From Candidatus Latescibacterota bacterium (GTDB taxonomy: Bacteria > Latescibacterota > UBA2968 > GCA-2709665): a stretch of 64,000 nucleotides of DNA. Each line of letters opens with the position of its first letter. The stretch's first letter is position 1. Below are positions 40,733-50,712 of this stretch, piece by piece. The notes below the pieces were generated by a model, which ran no database searches, had not been told where the DNA came from, and saw nothing but the letters and a program-made list of their open reading frames with translations. A program made the position numbers and the translations under genes. Where the stretch lies: positions 544,001 to 608,000 of the forward strand of contig OZ250150.1 in the NCBI GenBank assembly GCA_965237675.1, given 5' to 3'.

Positions 40733-41731
40733 ATGATACCCCCCAGAGAAAAATGCCTCGACATGCTCCGCCTGATGTACCGCATCCGCCTGTTCGAAGA
40801 GCAGGTGAGAAATCACTACGACTACGCCAGCTATCTGCACGACAATCCCGAGAGCGAAGGGGTCATTTCGGGCGCCGCCCACCTGGCCATCGGCCAGGAA
40901 GCCGCCGAAGTCGGTATCTGCGCCGCCCTTGAACCCCATGACTTCGTGGCCAGCACACACAGGGGTCATGGCCATGCCATTGCCAAAGGCGCAGATCTCA
41001 AGCCGATGATGGCCGAGTTAATGGGGCGGAAACACGGGTACAGCGGCGGATGCGGAGGCTCCATGCACATCTTCAGTTCCGAACTCGGACTGATTGGAGG
41101 AAACGGAATCGTGGGCGCTCAGATCCCCATCGCCACCGGCGCGGCTTTCTCCGCCAAATACCGTGGAACACGCCAGGTAGCCGTCGCTTTTTTCAGTGAG
41201 GGGGCCGCCAATCAGGGCGCGTTTCACGAAGCCCTGAACATGGCCGCTCTCTGGAACCTCCCCGCGGTCTACGTCTGCGAGAACAACCTCTACGCCGCCA
41301 CGACGCCGGCTGCCATCACGCTCTCGCCTCCCGATGTTTCCGCCAAGGCGGCCGCCTACGATATGCCCGGATTCATCGTCGATGGCCAGGATATCCTCGA
41401 CGTATACCAGATCGCCTCGGATGCAGTCGCCAATGCTCGCGCCGGAAACGGACCCACCCTCATCGAATGCAAGACCTACCGCTTTGTCAGTCACGCAGGC
41501 GGCGGCCAATCCGCCCACAACAACCCGGATGAGTTGGAAGCCTGGAAACACAAAGACCCGATCGCGCTCTTCGAGCGTAAACTCTCCGGAACCGGGTACC
41601 TCACTGCCGAAGAGAGGCAAACCATCATTTCTGAAACCAGCGCCGCGGCCCGCGAGGCCGTCGCATACGGCAAACAATCTCCATACCCTGACTTCAAAGA
41701 CATCCCCGTTACTTCCGGGGTCCCCCTGTAA
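40733..41731 (+). CDS. TPP-dependent 2-oxoacid/acetoin dehydrogenase E1 alpha
   Basis: GQEA, THRGHGH, GGSMH, (S)EGAANQG...ENN TPP motif, TYR..H. Confidence 0.92.
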   Translation: MIPPREKCLDMLRLMYRIRLFEEQVRNHYDYASYLHDNPESEGVISGAAHLAIGQEAAEVGICAALEPHDFVASTHRGHGHAIAKGADLKPMMAELMGRKHGYSGGCGGSMHIFSSELGLIGGNGIVGAQIPIATGAAFSAKYRGTRQVAVAFFSEGAANQGAFHEALNMAALWNLPAVYVCENNLYAATTPAAITLSPPDVSAKAAAYDMPGFIVDGQDILDVYQIASDAVANARAGNGPTLIECKTYRFVSHAGGGQSAHNNPDELEAWKHKDPIALFERKLSGTGYLTAEERQTIISETSAAAREAVAYGKQSPYPDFKDIPVTSGVPL

Positions 41732-41795
41732 AATACGCGTCTATCCCGTGGCCCCGGCTGAACAGCGCCTGCTCTTGAGAATCGGAGGCCGTTCT

Positions 41796-42758
41796 TTGCC
41801 TCACATTACGTACGCCCAGGCCGTCAACGACGCCGTCCGGGAAGAAATCAACCGCGACGAGCGTGTGTTCACAATCGGCGAGGATATCGGCCCGGTCCAC
41901 GATCCCGAAAAACTCTGGGACCAGTTCCGCGAACGCCGCACGTGGCAGACTCCCATCTCCGAATCGGGTTTTGTCGGATTGGCGGTCGGGGCCGCCATGA
42001 CCGGCCTGCGCCCGGTTGCCGTTATTATGTACTGCGACTTCGTCACCGTCTGCATGGATCCCATCGTCAACCAGGCCGCCAAGATCCACCTGATGTCCGG
42101 AGGCAATATGAACGTCCCGCTGGTGATCCGAACTCCCGGCGGTGCCGGCACCCGGGAAGCCGGACACCACAGCCAGAGCCTCGAAAGCTGGTTCGTCCAT
42201 ACTCCGGGCCTCAAGGTGGTGATGCCGGCCACACCCGCAGACGCCAAGGGTCTGATGAAATCCAGCATCCGCGACGACGGCCCGGTAGTTTTCATCCAGC
42301 ACCGACTGCTGGGCGAAATCGCGGAGGCCGTGCCGGAAGGCGATCACGTCGTTCCCCTGGGCGTTGCCGACGTCAAACGCGAGGGCGCCGATGTCACTGT
42401 TGTCGCCGTCTCCTACGCCCTGCGGAAAACACTTCAAGCCGCCGAATTCCTGGATCCGGAGATCAGCGTTGAGGTGGTAGACCCCCGTACACTGGTCCCT
42501 CTGGATGTGGACTCGATCCTGCGTTCAGTAAAAAAGACCGGCCGCCTCCTGGTTGTACATGAAGCGCCGACCCGCGGGGGCATCGGCGCGGAAATCGTGC
42601 GTCAGATCGCCGAACAGGGGTTTGAACATCTGCGCGAATCCCCAAGGGTTCTGGGCGGCCTGAATACCCCGATGCCGTACAGCGCCTCACTCGAAGATGC
42701 CTGTTTGCCTCAGCCCGAGGACATCGCCAACACCATCAGAAATTGCGTCCGCGGCTAG
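41796..42758 (+). CDS. TPP-dependent dehydrogenase E1 beta
   Basis: GEDI, TPISE, GLRPV, HSQ, PGLKVV, DPRTLVPLD; TTG start after GGAGG. Confidence 0.92.
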   Translation: MPHITYAQAVNDAVREEINRDERVFTIGEDIGPVHDPEKLWDQFRERRTWQTPISESGFVGLAVGAAMTGLRPVAVIMYCDFVTVCMDPIVNQAAKIHLMSGGNMNVPLVIRTPGGAGTREAGHHSQSLESWFVHTPGLKVVMPATPADAKGLMKSSIRDDGPVVFIQHRLLGEIAEAVPEGDHVVPLGVADVKREGADVTVVAVSYALRKTLQAAEFLDPEISVEVVDPRTLVPLDVDSILRSVKKTGRLLVVHEAPTRGGIGAEIVRQIAEQGFEHLRESPRVLGGLNTPMPYSASLEDACLPQPEDIANTIRNCVRG

Positions 42759-42789
42759 ACTGGCGCGGCTTCGAGATGCTCAACCCTTC

Positions 42790-43210
42790 CTGCGCCCACA
42801 CGCTGGCGAAGCGCCTGTGAAGGTGGGGCAGACATTCCTGTCTGCCGCCTGGTTGGTCCTCCTGTGGGATTGGTGATAGAAGGAAGTTCTGCGCCGCCGA
42901 ATCATCCGCGAAACGCGTCCGTCGCCTGTGCGCGTACACTCTGAGGAAGCGCTTGTGAAGGTGGGGCGGACATTCCTGTCTGCCCGCCTGGTTGGTCCTT
43001 CTGTGGGATTGGTGACAGAAGAAAGGTTTACACCGCCGAATCATTCGCGAAACGCATCGGTCACACGTGCGCGTACACTCTGAGGAAGCGGGTGTGAAGG
43101 TGGGGCAGACATTCCTGTCTGCCCGCCTCGTTGGTCCTTATGTCGGATCGGCCACAGAAGATAGGTTTACTCCGCCGGATCATTCGCGAATCGCGTCGGT
43201 CGCCCGTGCG
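42790..43210 (+). repeat. Three tandem ~139-bp units, each with a GTGG-type REP hairpin
   Basis: GTGAAGGTGGGGC(A/G)GACATTCCTGTCTGCC at 42817, 42955 and 43094; whole units align. Confidence 0.9.
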
Positions 43211-43329
43211 CCTGGACTGTCATGCTGAGGAAGCCGCCAGGCTGACGAAGCATCTCCTGCGGCGTCGGATGATACCTGAGTGTCTTTCGCTGGCGCCAGC
43301 CTGGCAGACAGGCGGATGGGCGCCTGCTC

Positions 43330-43348
43330 CCTGAGCCTGTCGAAGGGG
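43330..43348. repeat. CCCTGAGCCTGTCGAAGGG palindromic-repeat half
   Basis: Identical motif at about 58390, where its inverted partner TTCGACAGGCTCA follows. Confidence 0.6.
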
Positions 43349-44007
43349 CGGGCGACGGCTGATGTGGTGGGGGTCGGTCTTCGACATGGACGGGTGTTTC
43401 CGGGAGCGGGCGCCGCGATGGCGTCGATCAGGCGGAAATTCCATCAAATGTCCACCAGAGTGGACTCAAATACCACAATCAAACCACAAACACCGGGTTA
43501 TATCTCATTATCTTAAAAGGCATAATTGAATTTCGTGTTCCAACTATGGAACGCGTGCCGGCCTTTGTCTATCGCTGGCTTTGTTCGGCCAGAAAAATAC
43601 CGTCGGTTTCCCTGACCGGCCAGAGTCGAAAACCGACGGTCATCCAGGAAGGCGAACAAGCCCATTGTCCCCCGGCGCTCTCGTGCCGTGAGACGGGATG
43701 CGGCCCTCACTGCTGGAAATATATGGAACATCTTCCATCGTGTCAATCGCAGCAGACAGAAATCTTACCTCTCAGGATCTGAGCAGAAATTTCAGGTTCC
43801 TCGTTGCGGACAGCGACCGCAGGGTTTGCCGTCGTCTCCGGAACATCATCCGGTTGGCGTCGGACGACACCATTGTCAGCCTCAGTCCGTGAAACTGTCG
43901 TGTACTCCCCGTTCGCCAGTCCCATGAGGGAATGAAAATCACCACAAATAAGGTCGAAAAGTTCATCAAGCCGTTTTTCTGCCCGATTTTTGGAAAGGAG
44001 AAGGAGT

Positions 44008-44426
44008 ATGGCATCTTTAGAAACATCGGCATATAGTGCGATTGGATCAATTGTAGGGCGTTAATTCTGTTTCTTTTAGGAATATCTGTTCGACCTCTTA
44101 GATATTTTCTCCTTTTTAAGAGACATCACTATGAACTTGAGTATGACAGGTGTTTCGGAGAATGCACCTGGGACATTCAATGGGAAAATGAAAGGTTAAC
44201 TCTAAAGGCTGAGAGTGTTCATAATGATTTCTTGGAAAATGTAACGTTGATCCTAAATGCCACGGAACCTGGAGTGTCAATTCCTCACATGAGCGTTAGT
44301 GATCGTTATCAAAGGTACGACGGGTGGCGAGTTCATTTAAAGCTCGCAAGTATAATTGAGACAATGCCTTCTAATGAAAATGCAGAGTATTTGGTTCATG
44401 TTGTTGTGAGAAGGCGAAGATGGTAA
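44008..44426 (+). pseudogene. Low-GC single-TM hypothetical protein with a frameshift in GGG at 44056-44058
   Basis: AAGGAG RBS; MASLETSAYSAIGSIVG continues as ALILFLLGISVRPLRYFLL...RRRRW in the next frame. Confidence 0.55.
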
Positions 44427-44827
44427 ATGATTTAGCCCGTATACTTCTGTAAAAAGGGATCGGGCAAATAAGTTCATCGTCTAACCGATGTCAACACCGT
44501 TTTTGTTTTTGACAGATCCATGGGTTTGGAATTAGCCTTGATTCGACAAAAGTTGGTTCTCCGACCGACAATTGACTAAACGCCTTTGACTGGATAGCGG
44601 GACCGCAGCGATGTGTCCGCTTGAGACACTGCGGGTCATTGCCAGCGTTGAAGCCGTGTGTCCCAATCAAGCTTCGGATTTCTGCATCGGGAAAGTCGAG
44701 GGGCTGGTATTAGCCGGAAGGCGCTGATTTCTCATGTTCGGGATGCGTTATCGATAAGCGAGTCTACCATTTGCACGTGATTGACACATCGGCTATAGAT
44801 GTAATCCTAGAGTTGGGGTTTTGCTAT

Positions 44828-46773
44828 ATGAAACGGCATTCTATTCTGGTCGCGGTCGTCGCGGGCTTTCTTTGGGTAAGTGTGGCTCCAGCGCACGCGT
44901 TTCAATCCGGACTCTTCCCCGACTTTGATGAAGACGGCGTTGTGGGATTTGCGGATTTTCTGCAGTTTGCCGGAAAGTTTGGTGCGGAGCTTGGCGATGA
45001 GACGTACGAAGACCGATTCGATCTGGACGGCGACGGTTTGATCGGATTTCCGGACTTTCTGGTCTTTGCGGGCAGCTTCGGAAGGGTGTCGCTCTACGCC
45101 GGCGATGAGAACGACGTGAACATACGCGATGTCAACCTGCGCGCCGTGATTGCGGACAGCCTCGGCAAGAGGCGCGATGCGCCGATAACCCGGGCTGAGA
45201 TGGCGACCTTAACTGAACTCGAAGCGCCGGATGCAGAGATCAGCGATTTGACCGGCCTTCATTTGCTACGAATCTGACAGAACTGTGGCTTCAGGACAAC
45301 GCGATAACGGATCTCTCGCCGTTGTGCGACCTGACTGGACTGACGGATCTGGTTCTCTACAGCAACAGAATCTCAGACATTTCCGCACTGTCCAGCCTTG
45401 CCAATGTTCACCACCGGAACCTTAACAACAACATTGTGTCCGACATCTCAGTGCTCGCCAACTTGACGAATCTGAGATACCTGGGGCTCGCAATAAACGG
45501 AATCTCAGACATCTCCGCGCTCGCAAACCTGTCCGGTTTGATACAACTGAACCTTTACGACAACATCCTTTCCGACATCTCCGTGTTGGCTGACCTGACC
45601 AATCTGACAGAACTGGAACTTAACCACAACACAATCTCCAACCTATCCGCGTTGTCCAGACTGACCCATCTCAAGGAACTGAATTTCAACGGCAACTGCA
45701 TTTCTGAAATATCCGCGCTTTCCGAGCTGTCCAATCTTGTACGTCTGGATCTTGCCAACAACAGAATTGTGGACATTTCGCCTCTGGTGACAAATGCGGG
45801 ACTCGGAGACGGTCACGTCGATATCTTTTATGCGCCAAGCGAGGGATGGCGGCTTGAACCAACGATTCCCGCCGAGTTGTACCTGAACGACGGCAGGGGG
45901 TGTTTCACGCTCGACACCAGTTTCCTGGGTGGAAATCCGCCGGGCCGTCTGGCGCCGAGAAAGGCCCTTCCGGGGGATTTCAACGGAGATGGCCGAATGG
46001 ACGTTTTCGTTTTGGATCATGGGTATGACAAGCCGCCGTTTCCCGGTGCGGCTCCGTATGTGATTCTCTCCACGGAAAATGGATCCGTGCTCGGCAGCGG
46101 GTTGGAGACCCTGGTCGGGTTTCAACACGGCGGCGCGTCAGCCGACGTCGACGCCGACGGGGACATAGACGTATTCGTCACCCACTTGAATGCCATCCAC
46201 GGGCCTTTCTTTTTGATTAATGATGGCGCCGGCTCATTTGCACTGGATGCCGATCGGGTCGAAGGCCTTGCTCATAAGGCGTTATTTACCGCTGAGTTGG
46301 TCGATGTCGATGGTGACGGCTATCTGGATCTCCTGGCCGCCGGTCACGAGTTCGATCCGTATGGAGATAATTTCGCAACCCGGATCCTGTGGGGTGACAG
46401 CACGCGTGTATACAGCACAGGCCGGGCGACGGTCCTTCCGGCTGTATTCGGCCAAGGCGTCGTCGTTGATATCGACGCAAGCGACACCAACGGAGACGGC
46501 GACAAGGATATCGTCATCAACCGCACCGGCGACGAACGTACGGCCTCCTACAGAGGATACTACGTACAATTGGTTGAGCAGGTCGGAAAGCGCCGCTTCG
46601 AGGACAGAACTGCGCAGTTACTTCACCGGAATGAAGACGCAGGAGCCGATTGGATCGTCTGGATCCGGATGTGCGATCGCGACGCCGACGGAGACGTGGA
46701 TATCGTGGTCGACGATGCCGCCAGAGACCTGATCTGGAAGAATGACGGGACAGGCGAGTTTCACCCGCGGTAA
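44828..46773 (+). CDS. Secreted dockerin/EF-hand-like + internalin-type LRR + FG-GAP/VCBS protein (frameshift near 45260)
   Basis: Signal peptide; DFDEDGVVGFADF / DLDGDGLIGFPDF; 22-aa LRRs (N.ISDISALS.LT.L..L.L); repeated DxDGDGxxD. Confidence 0.8.
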
Positions 46774-47965
46774 GCGCGGAAGCCGCGACCGCATCGTGGA
46801 ACTGCCCGCAGAGTGATTCGAACCGTCGGTAGGAAGTTTTCCCTACAACCGCTAAGCAGGCCGCCCTGTTCAGCCAGCTCCAGCACCTCTCTTGATCGCA
46901 AATTCAATAGCGTATGATTCGACCAAATCGTGCCGCCAAAATCAGGAAAACCTGCAGATTTGGGATGGCAACCGTCCCAGGACCGCCTCCCGGCATCCGG
47001 CTTTCCTGTGCGATCCCGTCAGGATCCGAATTCCCTCGCCCAGCGTGACACCGACAGGCTGTTCCCGGCAACAAGACAGGACAAACCATCCCGCGGCACA
47101 ACAGTTCACGGGCTGCTGAGGGAGTTCATCACTCACGCGGTGGCGAGGGCCTTCGGTCAAAGCGTTAGGGCCAGTGCATCGGAATATGCCTCCGCGACAT
47201 CCGAGAGTGTCGAACGGGGCAAACTCCATCGAAATACCATCACAATTGACCATAAGTCCACATCCGGATCACAGGATATGTGTTACCTTGCTTTGGCTAT
47301 GAAAAAATCCGTCGATACCCCGGCCGGAGTCGTATAGCAGACGATTTTCCAGGACGGCGCAGGTCCTTCTACCCACCGGCGCTTTTTCCGCCCTGAGACT
47401 TGGCGTGGCTCTCACCTTTCGGAATAGATGGTTCGTGTGTTGCCGAATACAACGCTCCGGAATCAGGAGTCTCAAAAAACGGAGCGGACTACTAAGTCTC
47501 AGGGCTCTGTTAACGACCGTAAGGTTCATGCAAGGCACCGGAACATCAATCGCATGTAGTCGGATACAAACGCGTATGACGAAAATACGTAGATTCTTTG
47601 GGCAGGCGTATGCACCTCACATTGAAAGGTGAAACAGCATGCCGGCAGCAATCTGAGGGCTTTTCATTGTAATCCTGTTCGCGTTGTTCATCGTCACATT
47701 CGCCACTACCGTCGCATAATGCGTCAAGTGTTACAATTTGCGACACCTGTTATGCTTGGTCGTCACGGGCCGTCCTGCGGCTCGGACCGTACAGCCGGAA
47801 CGGAAACTCGTTCAACGCACCGGACGACACGGGCTGTTTTGGCCAGACCCAATGGAAAATCTCAATCTCACAAACCTCTCACTTCCAAGACTAAACCGAT
47901 TGTATCACTTTGAAATGGGCAGAACAAAGGTTGCTCTGCCGTTCCCCTTATAACCGATAGGAAAG

Positions 47966-48072
47966 ATGTCAGCTAACCTGGTCAAACTCGCGAGTGCATT
48001 GATAATTGCAGGATTCGCTATTGTCTTTTGCATAACAGCATACAAGTCTCTACGAGAGTTCCCAAATCAAAC
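47966..48072 (+). pseudogene. 5' part of a small membrane protein interrupted by MITE + IS (continues at 50094-50154)
   Basis: Removing the insertions restores MSANLVKLASALIIAGFAIVFCITAYKSLREFPNQ-TWRERAGTITWAAIAAGILLI. Confidence 0.6.
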
Positions 48073-48271
48073 TTGAGTCTCCTCCGAAAAGTCAAAATCC
48101 ACTCTGACGAGGTCCAAGTTGGTGTTTCACTCAGAAGTAAATCAAAATCATACTTGATATAACACTATGATATATAATGATTTATGGGGATATAGCTTTT
48201 GTTGAAAATGGCCGTTCCTGATCCAAATTGGAAGAAAATCACGCGAATCTCACTTTTCGGAGTGGACTCAA
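48073..48271. mobile_element. MITE family C, sharing TIRs with the adjacent IS
   Basis: TTGAGTCTCCTCCGAAAAGT ... ACTTTTCGGAGTGGACTCAA, flanked by AC. Confidence 0.85.
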
Positions 48272-48273
48272 AC

Positions 48274-50091
48274 TTGAGTCCCCTCCGAAAACGGGGGTTA
48301 TAAAGGCCTGATGTAAGTGGTCAGGGTTGGGTATTGTGATTTAGCGTGTGGCGACGATATAACGTGTAGGTGCGGCAAATCAACTCAGGGGCAACCTACG
48401 AAGTTGCTCAGGGCCTATGGTATGGAGGTTTTTGCAAGAAACCCCCCCTTATGCGGGGAGCATCGGAGGTGTTGCGAGGTAGTTCTTGATCCGAACGAGG
48501 TTGACCCATAAGCCGCGACAGTGCGCCCACAATTGGTGTGGCCTCAGTCCGCGATAGCGCGTCTTGCCATCTTTGGTGTAGTAGCTCAACTGAAAGATGC
48601 TGGCTTCGACGTTATTGCGTCGGTTTCTGATGTGGTCAGGCAGGGCTTCAATCTGTTTGCGTTTGAGGTAATTGTCGATGTGCTGTTCTTTAAAGTATCG
48701 GGGTTTGCCATCCATGATGATTTTGTATTTTCCCGGTTTGTATTCTTGGGCTATGTGAACCTCTCCGGTTTGTTGATCGATGACGGTGACGCCATCTTCT
48801 GTGCGTTCATAAATGAAACGTCCTGGGGTTCCTTGCAGGCCACTGTAATAGAATTGCTTGTCCTGTTCTTTTGCATACTCGGCGTTGGATTGATCATTAT
48901 AGGCCCCATCCATTGACACTTCCAAGGCGTCACCCACGACCTGTTGCGTCCGCTCGATGGCCGCTTGTACAAACGCATTGTCGGGCGTCGTCGCCGGTTT
49001 GACGTCAACGTCCGTGATCAAATTGAGGCCGTCCTCACCACAGGTCTCGGTGAGGTTGACACTGTATCCTTTCACCTTGTCCTTCCCTTTCCTGCGAAAG
49101 GTCGCATCTTCATCATCGGCAGACTGCAAGGAGGATGAGGAGATCTCTTTAGGAGGCTTCGGAAGCACCTGTTTGGAGGACGATAAAACGGTATATTGAT
49201 CCCCCATAACACGCACGATCAGACCGTAGTGACCGCTGTCTTCGTCGGTATAGGTCGCTTGAAGCCTGCTCAATAACTGCCCGCATTCCTGCAGCTTCTC
49301 ACACTTTTCAGCGCGGGTGAGACCATAGACAACCTGATGCGCCTTCACCTTCAGCAATCCGTCCAAAACCTGCTGATTTTTTGCCGATGATCGTCGCTTT
49401 TGGGCCTTGTCCAGCGACCCCCAGAACCCTTGTAAGCAACGCACCACCAACTGCAACCGACAACACAGGGCAATGTTAGAGCCGATCAACTTACTGTCCA
49501 TTCGGATGTGCTGACCTAATACACCAAAGGCGTTGGCCTGCGTCTGTGTCAAGCTGGAAAAGGTCTCTCCAATCAGATCTCGACCGGCTTCGAGTTGATC
49601 CGCATACAAGGCCTGCTTGAACAAATAATACGTGGACTCCGCAGGCACTTCATCGCATAGATTCATCAACCCCAATGCCCGCATCACCAGGATGTTGAAC
49701 CGACAATGCTCGAATAGTTGGGCATCGCTCCACCCAAAGCCCTCCTTCAAGATCATCATCGACACCAGGTGACGAATCGGCGCATTGGGGCGGCCTTGGT
49801 TGGGATCAAACAACACCGAAAACACATCCTCTTCTATCTTTGACGTGACGTGCTGGTAAAACAGATTATGCCACGACTTCGGATCATTCAACTGGTCCTG
49901 CTTGCGCCTCTTGAAATGCGACTCGAAGCCCGAAAACAGATCCGGTTGGCTGCATGACGCGCTTCTCTTATACATTGATTCTATACCCTCGCTTTTTCCT
50001 TTATACGTCCGCAACTTTGAAACCTCTTCTCACCTTGAAATTTAGTACTTTTTCCTCAATAAGTAAACTCGACTTTTCGGAGTGGACTCAA
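48274..50091 (-). mobile_element. Insertion sequence (IS5/IS1182/ISNCY-like)
   Basis: TIRs TTGAGTCCCCTCCGAAAA / TTTTCGGAGTGGACTCAA, AC duplication, one transposase. Confidence 0.88.
48449..50014 (-). CDS. DDE transposase (DUF772-like N-terminus)
   Basis: GRPNAP..LVSMMILKE.FGWSD, RMDS, DEDATFR.K, DGAY, RNNVEA. Confidence 0.9.
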   Translation of the reverse strand: MRTYKGKSEGIESMYKRSASCSQPDLFSGFESHFKRRKQDQLNDPKSWHNLFYQHVTSKIEEDVFSVLFDPNQGRPNAPIRHLVSMMILKEGFGWSDAQLFEHCRFNILVMRALGLMNLCDEVPAESTYYLFKQALYADQLEAGRDLIGETFSSLTQTQANAFGVLGQHIRMDSKLIGSNIALCCRLQLVVRCLQGFWGSLDKAQKRRSSAKNQQVLDGLLKVKAHQVVYGLTRAEKCEKLQECGQLLSRLQATYTDEDSGHYGLIVRVMGDQYTVLSSSKQVLPKPPKEISSSSLQSADDEDATFRRKGKDKVKGYSVNLTETCGEDGLNLITDVDVKPATTPDNAFVQAAIERTQQVVGDALEVSMDGAYNDQSNAEYAKEQDKQFYYSGLQGTPGRFIYERTEDGVTVIDQQTGEVHIAQEYKPGKYKIIMDGKPRYFKEQHIDNYLKRKQIEALPDHIRNRRNNVEASIFQLSYYTKDGKTRYRGLRPHQLWAHCRGLWVNLVRIKNYLATPPMLPA

Positions 50092-50154
50092 ACTTGGAGA
50101 GAACGAGCTGGAACAATCACATGGGCAGCAATAGCCGCAGGAATCCTGCTGATA

Positions 50155-50712
50155 GGGCAAGTACTATTTTTAGTTGAAATAGCAGAGGCGTTCAATCAGC
50201 GGCGAAAGCGTTTTGCGTGTCATGATCGAGCGCGAGATGATTGCGTAGGGCAAGTCTGAGGGTTGGGAGAAACCGGAACCCCTTGATCCTCCGCAACCGG
50301 GGCTGGATATCCAAAAGGGCCGTTGCCAGCCACCGGTATCGCTGATCGGAGTTATTCCATCGTTTCACATTACGGGTGCGCTGTGCGATCATGGCGTTGA
50401 CGGATTCGATGCAGTTGGTGGTGCGAAACGATTGCTTGAGTTGTGGCAACAGTCCCAGGCGATGGAGGGTGAGGGTTTCTTCGAGCCCTTCCTCCAGGCT
50501 GTTGAGGGCCGATGCATTCATCAGGGTCAGGGAGGGCTTGAGGGCATACAGCGCGGCTTTGGCTTCTATGTGCGTGTCCATGTCGTAGGCACTTTGAAGC
50601 GCTTTCTTGACCTCACTCTGCTGTGTCTTGGGCAAATAGGCGATCACGTTCTCCCGTTTGTGCCACTGACAGCGTTGAATGGCGACATAACCGGAAAGGG
50701 CTTTTGTGAGGG
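50155..50712 (-). mobile_element. Truncated, inverted IS256-family copy (right end + transposase C-terminus)
   Basis: Near-identical reverse complement of 51577-52134; IRR GGGCAAGTACTATT..TAGTTGAAATAG. Confidence 0.9.

Noticed and set aside
42790-43210. CRISPR array
   Set aside because: The sequences between the palindromes are homologous to each other rather than unique spacers, the 139-bp period is too long, and no cas genes are present.
43546-43927. Short ORFs, one with receiver-like RFLVADSD
   Set aside because: Too short and fragmentary to support a call.
47090-47172. Integron attC site (GCACAAC...GTTAGGGC)
   Set aside because: R boxes are imperfectly complementary, there are no convincing L boxes, and there is no integrase or cassette array.
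47390-47505. 12-bp inverted repeat GCCCTGAGACTT/AAGTCTCAGGGC as another MITE
   Set aside because: Single copy, short TIR and no target duplication; plausible but unsupported.
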